This document shows positions 49,414 through 63,234 of a stretch of 64,000 bases of DNA, piece by piece. A program made the position numbers and the translations under genes. Position 1 is the first letter of the stretch; each line of letters begins with the position of its first letter. Source of the stretch: Balanoglossus misakiensis (Eukaryota > Animalia > Hemichordata). The notes beneath the pieces are model-generated. The model made no database searches. It worked only from the letters and a program-made list of their open reading frames with translations, and was not told the origin of the DNA. Where the stretch lies: NCBI GenBank assembly GCA_040954595.2, contig CM082591.2:7554047-7618046 (forward strand), written 5' to 3'.

Positions 49414-50679
49414 ACTGGGAAGGAGAAACTGTATCAAGTCCTTGGATTTGTCTCAGATTTCAAAAGTGACAGACACAATCGATCCTCACACACATGAGTT
49501 ACTCCAAAGTCCCCTTCTAACATCAGCAGGCATGCAATGATGCATGCATCACACCATTTTACGACATCAGATATTACGGCTTTATTAATAGAACCGTATT
49601 CGTTTATTACATTTCATAAAATTACTGTAGTTTTCCCTTAAAAATCAGCGCTTCATATAATTTTAATTTTGCTCAGAAACTGTGTTATTTTAATCAATCC
49701 CGAAGAAAAAGCTTTTGCACTATTCCTAATATTTTCTCGTAAACGACGGTCTATGAATGATGAAATTAGACCAACCCTTTTCAGTTGAGGGCGTACGTCC
49801 CAGCTCATAAATATTCTTGTTGGGATAATTCCATGGGATAGTTCTCGAAAGTCCGCTCTGTGATGTGAACATTCTTTGTACAAAAGTGATCTAGTAGTGT
49901 GATATCATATTATAAAAAGTTAATACAAGTATCTGATTGTGTTTTAATTTAAAGACGCCCCTAATCTCTGACACAAGGAACTTAAACTTAAGCTTTGCAT
50001 GTTACCCCCGCACGCAGGGCTCGCTACAAGTTTATTAGCCCGCCGGATGGAGTGGGGAGCACGTCCGTCACGCGGATAGTCTGGATCACAATATGATTGT
50101 CTCCATTGACAATGATTGAGGTTTCTCATTTTGTTTCACAGTACAAACACGGAAGGGCGAAAAAAACACTACCTTAGGGGGTCAAGTTAGTCTGTTTTTG
50201 GTTTCTTTACTCAAAATCTGTCTGTCGTCAGCCTCAGATTTAGAACTAGTGGAAGAGCAATCCGAACGCCGCCAACATCAATTTCAGCACCAGATTATAG
50301 ATTTCACTTTTTTGCGGAAAGATCTATAAATAACGTTGTGACAATGTAAGGCATAATGTAAGTTTAAAGTATGAAAACAATGAATATGCCAATTAGACAT
50401 GTTACTTTTTACAATAACCTATCAGCCTATGATGACTAAACTTTACTGACTAGGCCCTGAATTGAAAAGGGCTGGTTGCAAACTTTTCCCGTCACGAAGT
50501 AAATGATTTTCGTTGCCCTTTAGCATAGAAACAATTCAGTATACGAAACTGTCCGTTTTTGATGATACGTTTTAATCATGTTTTTGATACTCTTATTTAT
50601 CTTTTTCCACTGTTGTCACTTTTAATTTTTACTGTTAAGTGCATTGGGATAATTTATTATGCGCTTTATAAGAAATAAA

Positions 50680-50766
<87 letters not shown>
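50680..50766 (+). repeat. (GAT)29 microsatellite, probably the 3' tail of a truncated L2/CR1-type LINE or SINE
   Basis: Perfect GAT run immediately after ...ctgttaagtgcattggg...gcgctttataagaaataaa. Confidence 0.85.
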
Positions 50767-50768
<2 letters not shown>

Positions 50769-51692
50769 GTAAACTATTCATGGCGTAAGATTTCATGTCA
50801 GGGAAAAACGATTTAGATTGGCGATTGTCAGTGAATGAAATAATTCTTCAGACTACTTTTTAGCTCTTATTAGCTCGTTTTCTCGGTAGGTATTAGTTAC
50901 ACTCATATAGATAGGCCTACTGGAATGTTCCGAAAATTATGTTGCTTGAGATGTACATGTTTTTCTTTAGTTGGTGACAATAAAAAGGTAAATAACAACT
51001 CGGTTTCTTTGTTTTTCATTTGATGCCGTTTTCCTTATTTTCATAAATCACTATTGTTCTAATTTGGACAGCTAGCATTTCAGCATCACAGAAGTATAAC
51101 ATGCTTGCTGTAGATTCTGTTCAATTGTCCAATATTCCTGTAGATAGAAACATTCTGCTCTGTTGGTTTTTTAACCGGTATATTAAAACGACGACCAGAT
51201 GACGGCTGAATCTTTTCCATTGACATTTGCTGGGAATCTTGTTTTCGAGAATCTTCCAGGAACCCCCTCCCCCCCCCCGAATATCAATTGGTCAGCCCCT
51301 TACTCCTATCCTAGCAAGCCTTCCTGTTGCACAGATCCGGTGCACTTCACAGTCAGTGACAGAATGGACAGTAGACTATGTAGACCTACCTTCTCTAACC
51401 GTTTCTATGAGTATGACCCAATTTATGAGCGGCAACTCTGCGTTTAATAATCCGAATCTGAAATCAAGCTGTGGTCATAATGCACACATTCCGCATTGGC
51501 ATTCGAAACGCAATCCCATTCCGATTCCACAGTTGCTGCGGTTGTGTAGGTCAAATTTCACCGAGAATCCGTTCAATCTCACAGAGTTGCGAAACAAGAT
51601 TTCCTGAAGTCTCGCCTTTAAAGCGACCCAAGCATACGATTTGTCCTGTTCGTCACACCTGTGAGAGGTGTGATTTGTATGTAAACGCCAAG

Positions 51693-54600
51693 ATGATAAA
51701 GTTATTTTCGCTAAAACAGCAGAAAAAGGACGGCGAAGGTGGGGGCAAATCTGGCAGTAGTCAGAAGAGAGCATCTGCAGCCCAGCTGAGAATCACGAAA
51801 GGTAAATTAAACAAGAATGGACAACAAGGAAAATGTAATATTTTGCTGATCGTTGGTATATTTTAGGGTAGAGACAGAGAGGCGGCAAAAGCTGTTTATA
51901 ACACCAGCCCAATTTATTGTAAATAGTTTTTTTTGCCGATTCATCGTGGAACATGATTGGTCAGTTACTCATATCCGCAGTTCTGCTCGTGATAGAGTTT
52001 ACGTTTACCACATTCTTTTTTGAGGGACTGTGAGTTTCTAACTATCAACAACGGTACACACAGATCGCGCTCTTTTTACAGCAATTGTACACCCACGCTT
52101 TTCGGCCATTAACTTTGTCCATTTGCTAACAACGAGCCCATCCTTTATTGTCGCTGTAAAACACTTCCGGCAAGACTGAAGGAGTCGGTCCAACCAAGAG
52201 CATGGTGGTACCTCCATCATACCAAGAGTAAATGTAAAGAATGCATGGACACGCACATGCAACTAGATACACTGGAGACAAATAAATGATCTTACCGTTA
52301 TCTGGCCTCATTATATACACAAAGTTAGATTGATATTGTCATATCACATGACACATTTATTCTGTGTGAGCAAGTTTCTAATTTTACGCAGTCATTTACG
52401 TTAGTAATATTACATGTACATGTATTGCTAGCATTCTAGGGGCACATCATGTTTACATGTAATAACAAGTATCTTTATTAAAGGTATACAGTCACTTCCA
52501 ATTTACATACGCCCATATATGGCTGAAATGGCATATTTGAGGGTTCTAAAGAACATATGGTGGCACTGTTTTTTTTTTTCGCGTGTGCCACCCACTGAAA
52601 ATCTGTGATTGGCTAGATATCAAGTCTTCTATGGTAACTGTAGCTAAATTTCCATAGGTGACCATATACCTTTACAAGTTGAATATGTCAACAATACAAT
52701 TATACATACATGTACATTGTATGTCTGTTACACATGCAGTTTGCTGTACACTCACTGCATGTTTTAACATACTTTAAGAAGTAGTAGACTGGAAACTTGT
52801 CAGTACACAGAAAGAAAAAAAAGAATATATAGATTTTCAGTTACTGTCTTTTTAAACTAATCTTTCACTTACATTTATAATTTTTCAGATATAAATGAAT
52901 TAAACCTACCAAAAACGTGTCAAGTAGAATTTCCGGATCCAGATGATCTCCTCAACTTTAAACTAATAATTTGTCCAGACGAGGTAAGAAACTGATATTA
53001 CCTAATGGTCATACAATCCATGATACATGATGGTCTACATATATTTACATTAATGATCTGCTCTGAACGTTTTGTCATCATGCCAATTCTCTCCACCTTA
53101 AATGCAATGCTTGCTACCTGGGTGAGTGATGAAAATCTCAGTTATTTCAGATATTTCACAGCTGGCCCTAATGATTTGATGACAAAAATGAAACTTGCTA
53201 GTGCAACAGTGTTACACAGATACATGTATGTTAACACTGACAGACATTTAGAAGTGTCTTCTTGTCATCTGATGAAGCAATTATAGGCACCAAATTTGAT
53301 GAAGCTTGCAACAGCTCTACTCATTCATGAATGCAAAATGTTTCTAAATTCTTTCTTTTCAAACCCCAAATAAATACTTCTGGTATCACAAATTTTGATT
53401 TCTGTGGCAAAGTTTGATGTCTGCTGAAGAAACTGGAGGGGAAAGTGTTAAAAGTGTTTCATGAAAATGTGTGATTGAACTGGATCCTGTATGTTGTTTG
53501 GAATTCTTACAAAACTATCTTTTTTTTCAATTATCAAGGGCTTCTACAGAAACGGAAGGTTTGTTTTTAGTTTTAAGGTAAGGATTAGTTATGAATTATC
53601 TTCAAATGGATGGATGGATAAATGTATGGATGCATTTATTATGTATGAAGATGGCTACAGTTTGGGGTTTTCTTCACATAGAGCTCTAAAACGGGCCGTT
53701 GTACAAGTTCTGCATTATCGAGATGAGCTTGGTGTAATGTTGATCGGGGCAAAATTTTGATTCACAGACATATTTTCTCAGTTTGAATGAGTGTGTATGT
53801 CCATTATGTGATCAGCTATTTTCTGGGCAGGCGGCACAACCATAGCCGAACACTTGCTCCATGCAGAACATCTATCATGGTGATCACTGTGGAGTGTGCC
53901 CTCAAACATTGCATCTTTCACCACAACCTTTTGTGTACTCTGTCCACCAGGTTGGACAAGGCTATCCCCACGAAGCTCCAAAAGTAAAATGTGAAACACA
54001 GGTGTATCACCCAAACATCGATCTTGAAGGCAATGTTTGTTTAAATATATTAAGGTAAGCCAGCTCAACACGTTCATTGTTTCAAGTTGTAAGGACCAGA
54101 ATGCCTAGTCTGGTCCCCTGCCCCATTCCCACTGCTGGCTGTGCTACGCTAAATGGCAAGACAGATGCCTCCATTGGCCTGACCCTTTCCCTTTAGCGTA
54201 GCGCAGCCAGCGGTGGGAATGGGGCAGGGGACCAGACTACAAAATGCCAAGGTTCATACACCTTTTTCATAAAGAAGGCACCCTTCCCAAACAATGCGTT
54301 AACAGTACACCAAGCATATGACATGAAAATCAGGCCTGCAGGCCACAGAGTAAATACTTTATTGTCTTGTGTATCGCTATACTGGAGACCGATTTGACTC
54401 ACAATGTTATTCTACCTTAACTGTTAAGCAAGTTGCTTTGTGTGGTATATGACAGTACATTGTATTAGACACTGATAATAACACAGATTTCAGCATTAGA
54501 AATTCTTTACTATCAATCACGTGATCTGGCCATGTGACCCACGGCGTTGTCATTTCTAGGTGACGGGCAAATAATATTTTGGCCACTGAAAGTTTTTATG

Positions 54601-55523
54601 AGTTTGTTTTCACTTTTGAACTGCCAGACACGTAACATGTATCAGGTATGGTGCCTCATCAGCCTCATGGTGTTTCGTGTGCACGGTCTTTGTCTGCACC
54701 ACATTGCTGAAGTTGCCCGTCATCTGGAAATTTGAATGCCAAGGGAACTGCGTCTGACATCATTTGATATTGAAGAATTCATGTGTTGTGTTTTTGTACT
54801 CCACAGAGAGGACTGGAAACCTGTGTTGACAATTAATGCCATTATTTATGGTTTACAGTATTTATTTTTGGTGAGTATACGGAGAGGTTAAGTTGACCTT
54901 CACTGGGAGCCATCAGGGTGTTGATCTGTGATCAGTGCTAAGTTGGTAGAAAGCGAGCCTAGCTGTTTTGTGTGTGAACTGTTAAGTTTTGCTATGTTCA
55001 ACCCTGTAAAATACAAGTTGAGCTGAGTTGAGCAATGGAAATATTTTCTGAACTTCAGAACTTTAGATATGTGTGTGTATGTGTGTGTGTGAAGCTATGT
55101 TTGTGTGTGTGCTGATGTACTCAGATCATGTGAGTAAGGACACGCTCAAGACATCCTTTTTTAGAGGGGAGTGTGTGTGTGGATTAACCCTTTCACCCCC
55201 AGTTCCCTCTTTTGGCGTCCAACCGTACCATAGAAAACAATGGGTTTGGACTAAACCAATGGTGGTGAAAGGGATAAGCCTGTTGGTTTTGTGCGCAGAC
55301 TTACTAGCTGCGGACAGTCTGGGTTCGATTCCCGTAAATATGCAACTTGATTGATTGTGACTTTTGTTCTCTTCTCCAGGAACCCAACCCAGAAGACCCT
55401 TTAAACAAAGATGCTGCAGAAGTCCTCCAATCCAACAGGCGACTATTTGAACAAAATGTGATGAAATCAATGCGGGGTGGCTATGTAGGTTCCACATACT
55501 TTGAACGATGCCTGAAAACGTGA
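51693..55523 (+). CDS. UBE2M: NEDD8-conjugating enzyme Ubc12, ~184 aa
   Basis: Exons 51693..51801, 52889..52983, 53539..53577, 53951..54054, 54807..54870 and 55380..55523 give 555 nt, open. N-terminal [12 protein letters not shown], active site [22 protein letters not shown]-terminal [14 protein letters not shown]. Confidence 0.97.
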
Positions 55524-57552
55524 AACCGAGAACAGTTACTGTAAATACAGCTGTATACCACTTCCACTCAAGAACATATTAGATTAACATAGTGAGAGCG
55601 ACATGAGGGTGATTGCATTTAATATTCTGAGCATTTTGCTTTTACAAGCAAATTTCCCCCATGCCTTCTTCTTTTGAAGTCATACCCCAGGCATGGAGTG
55701 AAGGTATTACTGTATTTCTCGTGGTCAGAGCCCAGGGGTCTGAATTTGAATTTTTGTTTTTTTTTTTTTGGGGGGGGGGGAGGATGTCAGGATAGAGTAT
55801 AGGTAAACATGTACAGTGAAACCTGCCTATTTAAGGACACCTCTGGGACCAGAAAATCTGTCCTTAGTAGAGAGGTGTCCTTAATAGACAGGTAGTATTC
55901 TAGTGAAACCATAACTTTTGTCTTAAAAAAACTGTCCTTAATAGAGAGGTGTCCTGAATACAGAGGTGTCAGGAATGACAGCTTTCACTGTACATGTTGA
56001 GACTTTTGAGTAGACACAATGTTACTGCAGATTTCCCAACAAGAACCACTGTTTTATCGCAAAACCAGAAAAAGCCGTGATGAATGGGGTACACAAAAAC
56101 TTAATATATGTATGGGTTTGTGGTGGATAGGATGGAGTGGTTCCTAATGTTTAGTATAGAGTGTAGTGTGGAAGGATCAGTCCTTTCACCCCCATTTCCC
56201 TGTATAGAGGTCCAGCTAGACTATAGAAAACAATGGAATTGGACTGAACCATGGAAGTGAAAGGGTTGAAGTGACAATTAGTGAAGGGCATTTACAAATA
56301 GTGAGATATTTGATAAGTGTGTGCCACAGACATGTTTGATGCCATTGTGTTTTTGTTAGATACAGGGCTTTCACCCCCAGTTCTCTATGTAGAGGTCCAA
56401 CTTGACCATAGAAAACAATGGATTTGGACTGGACCATGGTGGTGAAAGGGTTAAATTTTGAAATATTTTGGTGGTATCTCTGTTGCTTCACACTTGGAAA
56501 ATGCAGAATACTTACAGGTCCATAAGCTGTTACATTTCGCTACTTTTTCAATATCTTGTATTGTGCAGTTTCTGGTTCAAATCTCTGAAGCATATTGAAA
56601 TGCCCAGTATTTAGCGTATCAACACATACGTGTATACATGCATAGCCAGCATTGTTCATGTGCAAAATTTGAATTCAAGTCCGGACTAGAATTCATTCGT
56701 CAACAATAACAATGGTTGTTACACACATACAAGCTATGTTGACAAGTGAAGTACTGGGTATATTAGCATGCTGTTTGGAGTAGAACAAGAAATTGCATTT
56801 GATACACAGAATAAAAATGCTGGAAAAAAGCAAGACATGGTTATCAGTTTTGATGTTTGTTTTGGCCTTAAGGCATTAACTCAAGAATTTCTTCCCAAGA
56901 TTTTCTGACATTTAGTAAAACTACTGGTATCTCATAAATACAGGTATGCTAATTAAAGGTACACGGTCACCTCCTATTTACATACGCCCATATATGGCTG
57001 AAATGGCATATTTGAGTGTTCTAAAGATCATATGGTGGCGCTCTTTTTTTCGTGTGTGCCACCCACTGAAAATCTGTGATTGGCTAGATCTCAATTTGCC
57101 ACGGTAACTGTGGCTATATTTGCATAGGTGACAGTACACCTTTAAGGTCACTCAGCTGAATGAACACAAATATTCATGAACAGCACATTATCACACACAC
57201 TAGCCATTTTGGATCAGATTCAGCCACTGGATGTCAGCTGTCAACTATCCATTGTCATAGTGATGGATTTAAATGTTGCATATGATTTCATCTCACTTGA
57301 TAAGTATTTAGTTCTCAAATGTACACGTATTTTAATTTCTCAATTTTGTTTTTAAACGTAATTTTTTTTTCTTGATCTTCAAATCCCATCACTGTCAGAT
57401 TTATGATGGAAACTTCGCCATTTTGTTTGTTTACATTTAAGAGCTCCATAGCTAACACTCCCATAATCACTACCAGAAATGTTCAAATCACCTAAAAATG
57501 TGCAAATAGTCAAAACTCAAAAATTCTAGTCAGATTTCATTGTACATGATAT

Positions 57553-57620
57553 ATACATACATACATACATACATACATACATACATACATACCTACATAC
57601 ATACATACATACATACATAC
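57553..57620. repeat. (TACA)n microsatellite
   Basis: Direct reading; similar short runs near 20977-21010 and (CA)n near 45295-45323. Confidence 0.9.
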
Positions 57621-60429
57621 ACACACAGACAGACATAGAGATTTGCAAGGGAAATGTATTTATACATGTATGTATGTTTGTACTTGTCTGTCTGTATGTA
57701 TGCATGTACAATGTCCACTATAAACACTAACTGTAGAATGTATCACCTTGGCATTTCATGTTTTGATCCAGATTTGACTGAAGATTGGATTTGTTGAAAT
57801 GAGTTTGTCAATATCAAACTATGCAAAGAATGTGGAGAAAAATGGAAGTGGTAAAAATCAACTTTTAAGAAAAATTGTCCAGTACCTTGACATAAATAAA
57901 TATGTTTTGCTCTTATATCCCGAATTTTTCATTTTAGTGATTTTTGTCACATTATTTTTGGTCAATATTACTTTTCGATTATATTTAGAAACACCCAAGG
58001 ATTTCCCCATTTAGGTTTGATCAAATTATGCCAAAATTAGGTGTCAAAGAATCCTAAGGCATATTTATTCAAATAGAGGGATAATAGTTCAAATTGTGGC
58101 AAAATATATATGTGCAATGTAATATTGTTCATTGGGTCTATATTTGCTGTGTGGTAAAAATAAATTCTCAGAATCTACTTGTCATATTGCTTTGAATTTG
58201 GCGTACAGGTCCCTTGAGATAACTGTCGGCAGATTTACTCAAATAGTAATGGAATCTACAAATTTGTTTGTTTGTTTGTTGTTGTTGTTGTTGTTGTTTT
58301 TTTTTGGGGGGGGGGGCTTTTCAGTCAGTAACTGTTTGGCCATTAGCTTTTAATTTTTTTTTTTTCAGTAATGATTGTATTTCTAAAAGTTTTGAAGTTA
58401 AGTTTGTAGATCTTTAGGGATCTAGCTACCTATCCTGGGTTGGTTGAAATTGAAAAGTCAAAGTTACGTATGTTAGGATATATTTTCTTTTTTGGTTTTA
58501 TAAAAAAATCACCTATTTTGAAAAGATCTCGGTCAACGTTGACACAAATTCTTCACAAACATTACCTGTTTGTTTATGTCAAATATCACAGCAAAGCTTT
58601 TATTGGCTGTTAGTGTTAGATCCTTTATGTAGATTTGTGGTATGCGTTCATATTGGGTTAGCTGGCAGAGAGTGCTGCTAGAAGGATTTGGAATTCTCAT
58701 GGTTTGTCCCATCCCAATAGCAAACATTCCCAATATCCCGTCTTATATATTTGGTTTTACCCGTTTTATACCCTCTGTGCCTACAACTAATGTTTGTGTA
58801 AACTTAAATCTGAAAAATAAAATTCTGATTTCATTAATACTCAATTTATTTGAAGTGTGTGGTTTCAATTAGATCCTTTTTTTGTAGTGAGCATTCCTAC
58901 AGTCTTGTATAATGCTTAGAATATTGTCATTTTCCTGATTTTTATATATATTGTGTGTCATTGAATTTTAAATACAAAAATAATGAGAAAACAGGATGTT
59001 TGTATTCTATTTTTCCAGTTAGGGAGTTGTGGAAAATGTTGAGTCAGCACTTTTCTTGCACTATGGTAGTTTTCCTATGGTGAAACTATCAGAACAGCTC
59101 TATCAAAAAATCAAGCGCAGTGACATTTTGTTTTTTTATATCAATTAATAGTAATCCTCTTTTGGCACCTTTTGTTAAAAAATCAAGAAAATGACAATAT
59201 TGCAATAGTGTTTTCTCAAAGTTCTACATGTAAGGCTATGGAATATGTATAATGATAAAAAAGTCCATCAATAACCCACTACTATAGTCCAGTCCAAATC
59301 CATTGTTCCAAAAAGAAGAGCTTTTTTCTCCTGTATTACAAACTTTTTTTTGGTATTGCTTATTTTGAAATGTATTATTTTAAGACATTTCTGCTTCAGG
59401 AATTGAATAAAACACTGTTCTCACATTTTCTGTCTGGAGGTCTCCTCAGTGGATGCATTGATCATGGATGTCTGAGACTTATTGTACAATGTTACAATTT
59501 CACCATAAAACACCCTTCTCATAAGTTTAGCGCCATCACGCAGGCATCACGAATTTGAGCTTTGAGTTCAAATTCACGATGCTGAAGTTAGTGTCGGTTT
59601 CAGATTCGGATTCGGGTTCGAGAGACTGAATTTTCGGGCAACCATCGCAGTTCAGCATCTACGCACTCCTGGTTCCCTGCCCCAATCCCACCGCTGGCTG
59701 CGCTAACCCTTTCGCTTTAGTGTAGCGCAGCCAGCGGTGGGATTGGGGCAGGGGACCAGACTAACTTGAAACGTGAAACTTGAAACGTGAATCTTGAATT
59801 AGGCTTACCCAGCGGGTAGTGCTCGCTGAAATACGTAAACAGTTCAGTGAGTTTTTCACGAAAGGAGTTTTGGGACCAGAAATAATCAGAGTTCAGGCTT
59901 GTATAGGTCGTTTTATTGAATTACGCTCACTTTGCTTTCTGTTGCGTGTTATCTGAAAATCTGGCAGTACCATTTCATCAAGTTTACCTTTGTGAAAACT
60001 TGATCTTGATTGCAAATTCAAGAACATAACGAGAACAGGATATTTACAATATCAAATAGAGAGCAATACATACTAAAATATATGCCTCAAATGAATATAT
60101 TTCTCCAGGTCCATATGTACATTTTTACGCTGACAAAAACCTGCTATGTTCAACAATGCGAAAAAGACAACGAGAATATTTATACTACAGTTCCCATTTC
60201 ATCAAGTTTACCTATTAAAGTTTGTGAAAAGTTTATCTTGCTAGCAAATTCACGAACATACCACAATATTTACAATATCAAATAGAGAACATGATTATTT
60301 ACAATAACGACTAAAATAGGTCTCAATAAATGAAATGAATATATTTCTCCAAGTTCATACATACATTTTACGCTGACGAAAACACACTTTACCGTATGTC
60401 AATGTTCGTGAAGCACAATCGATTCCTAT

Positions 60430-63234
60430 TCCTGATAGCAGAAATAGTCATAGCGCCCTCTACCGTTGAAGTCAAGCTCCCCCTCGTTCATTGAACTGTG
60501 CGCCCTCAACACAGTTCAAAACAAATGGCGGTAAAACTAAAAGATTACCGGTCGCGCATCCTTTCTTCATATATATTTGAAATAACAATTATTTTGGACT
60601 ATCGAATGGAAATATTTACAGATCACAATACAATATATATCTCTGGCGATTTACAGGTAAGTTTTTAGAATTATTTTGCACACATAAATTGATGAAACGC
60701 CTTCATCCTTTCGGATGCAATGGAGATCTGATGGGAAGTGGACTGTGCACACCATAACTTTCAGACCCCTCCATGTCAAAATTCATGAAAAAAACGAGTG
60801 AAAATATTCCAAAACTACTCAGATTTGGAATATTTATACTCGTTACATGAAGCGACTGTAGACTGAAATAATTATTTTTCAAAATGAGCTTTGTAAATGT
60901 GGAAAAAAGGACCGAATTTTTGATTGTTTACATGCCAAGTTGACGAAATGCATTCAGTTTCAAACAGTCTTGTCTCAAAATTCTTCAAAATAAACTGCAA
61001 AAATTACTCAAAACACCCTCAGTTTAGTTTGCCTACACTCAGTACATGTAGCGACTGCACGTACAATTAATTTCTGTTCGGAATTTTTCTTCAAAATGTG
61101 GAAAATAACTCCCAAAATTATGAGAGTGACATTGGTTCAGTTTGAACTTTGTTGCCATGGCATGCGATCAATCGTAAATTTATCGACGCTGCCTCTAAAT
61201 TTTCTCCAAAATTTCACTGTTTTTGATGTCGTGTGGACATGCATTTCATGGTGATGTTTATGTCTGCTTGTAGAATACTTCGATTTGGTCGCTGTCAGCC
61301 TCTCCAACAGCAATTCTGTCACCGCTGACTGCAAGGAACCAGGGGCGTCTCACCTCACCTTCAAATAAGTGACAGATCCACTCTCCATCAAATCTCCATT
61401 TCACAATCCTATCATTCCTCCAATCACACACAAACAAATTATCGTCGTCATCGACGTCAATGCTGTGTGGACACCTCAGCTGACCAGGACCTTTACCTTT
61501 CACACCAAATTGATACAAGAATTTCAATTCAGCATCAAAACACTTGATGCAGTGATTCCAACTGTCAGACACCATGATGACATTCTTACTGTTGACCACC
61601 ACAGAGTATGGGAAACTGAATTGTGTTTGGCCACCACCTCGACCACCAACCTCTGCAACATACTGACCATCTTGGGTGTACTTGAGTAGCCGATGACCTC
61701 TGACATCAGTGACCAAAACAAATCCATTCAGTAGAGCGACGCCCCTGACATCGACGCCTGCAGGTAGAGTAATTATTCTAAGAATTTTATTGTTTTGATC
61801 ACAAACAACAATTTGAGAATTTCCACCATCACTTATGAAGTAGATGTTGTCATGGGAGACAGCTACATCCCATGGCTGGAATGGCTTTGCAAACTGACCA
61901 TCAAAACTTCCCAAGACTTTGTCACAGGTGTAATCTTGATTCAGTATCTGTACAACCCTGTTGCCTCGGTCACACACCACCAGTTTGTCACCATGGAACA
62001 CCATACCTCCTGGTTCTTTAAACTTTCGCCCTGGCTTTGGACTTTGGCCATCCAGTGTCCTCAATGACCAGTGACCTGTTAGGTGAAACAACGGTCAAAG
62101 GTCAAACATGCTATATTGCAATGCATTAGGAATATGCTTGAGTTAGTGTTTTATTGTTCATTTTAACAAGAGAAAACATATTACAAAAGAAACGAATCAT
62201 TGCTATGACAACTGAACTACTAAGGGGTAGTTTTTCTACACAATGTTTACAGTGACAAATAACCATGGCAACCAGAGTAACCATGACTTTCTTGAACTAT
62301 TTCTTTTTCTCTGCAATATAGCTAGGAGGAAATTTACTTTGTCTCTTTTTGATATTATAATATACATAAAAGACTATCTTATTTAACCATTCAATAGATA
62401 TACTATCGTTGATGTTGCCATGGTAACACATTCAAAGAAATCAGTTCAAAAATAATCTTTTACTTGTAACTTTTGACTCAGTAGACATTTCATAACAATT
62501 CTTGAACTGAGTTTCAGGGATAATTCTTTGGTCCATTATTTTTAGGAAAAAATGTATGATGGTAGCATTATTGACTGGTAACCATGACAACTGAACCTCA
62601 ATGTATTTTGTAAAACATTGGCAATGTGCTAAAGTTAGTGTTTTAATTTAACTTTAAACCTTTTTTTTTTACAAATTTAGCGAGTTATTGCCATGATATA
62701 TTTCTGCCAAAGTACTCTATATGTACACATTTTCCAATACCAAGTAACCATGGAAACTGGACAAAATGTTAATATCAGTTAATAATTCTATTTTTGAAAA
62801 CAAGTAGCAGAAATATTACCTGAAATTATCACTTTATTTATGGTCTTTGTAACCCATAAAAATGTTCCTATTCAACTGCTCAATGGATTTAGTGACAGTA
62901 TTGTTGTCATGGTAACACATCTTAACAGATCAGTACAGGAATAATCTTTGCCTTGTAATTTTGGAATTAGTAGGTCTTACATAAAAATTCTTGAACAATG
63001 TCTCAAGGATCATTGCCTACCTTATACTTGTAGCTTTTCAAACCAGGGCAACAAGACAAACATCAATTTCTGAAACTATTTCTATTGCTTTGCAATATAA
63101 AGAAAAAAGCTATCTGTCATTTTATTGACAGACTATTATAATACAAAGTATTTCTAACTTTATATACTATCTGTAATGTTGTTGTGCCAAAGATTTTGTT
63201 TCTTTTTCCAGCCAACCAGAGATGGTCTGCTTTT
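60430..63234. repeat. Right arm of the inverted segmental duplication (partner ~643..3425)
   Basis: Reverse-complement match to the left arm across intron, NHL exon and 3' flank. Confidence 0.93.
61258..62075 (-). CDS. Terminal exon of NHL-repeat beta-propeller protein gene, copy B; upstream exons not in the window
   Basis: Acceptor cag at 62076-62078, then an open frame GHWSLRTLD...VFYKQT*. About 87% amino-acid identity to copy A by hand count. Confidence 0.87.

Noticed and set aside
53125-53275. Possible C/D box snoRNA in UBE2M intron 2 (TGATGA ... CTGA)
   Set aside because: Box-like words are common in AT-rich DNA, and I could not identify a proper terminal stem or an rRNA-complementary guide.
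55277-55336. tRNA-like sequence with B-box GGTTCGATTCCC in UBE2M intron 5
   Set aside because: No convincing cloverleaf or acceptor stem; at most a decayed SINE head.
59968-60385. Degenerate ~225-bp tandem duplication (a similar local duplication lies near 25995-26305)
   Set aside because: Real but ordinary local duplications with no coding or structural signal.
643-63234. The whole block as one giant transposon with 2.8 kb TIRs
   Set aside because: The arms consist of ordinary intron, exon and UTR sequence, no TSD or transposase is evident, and the cargo is housekeeping genes. An inverted segmental duplication is simpler.
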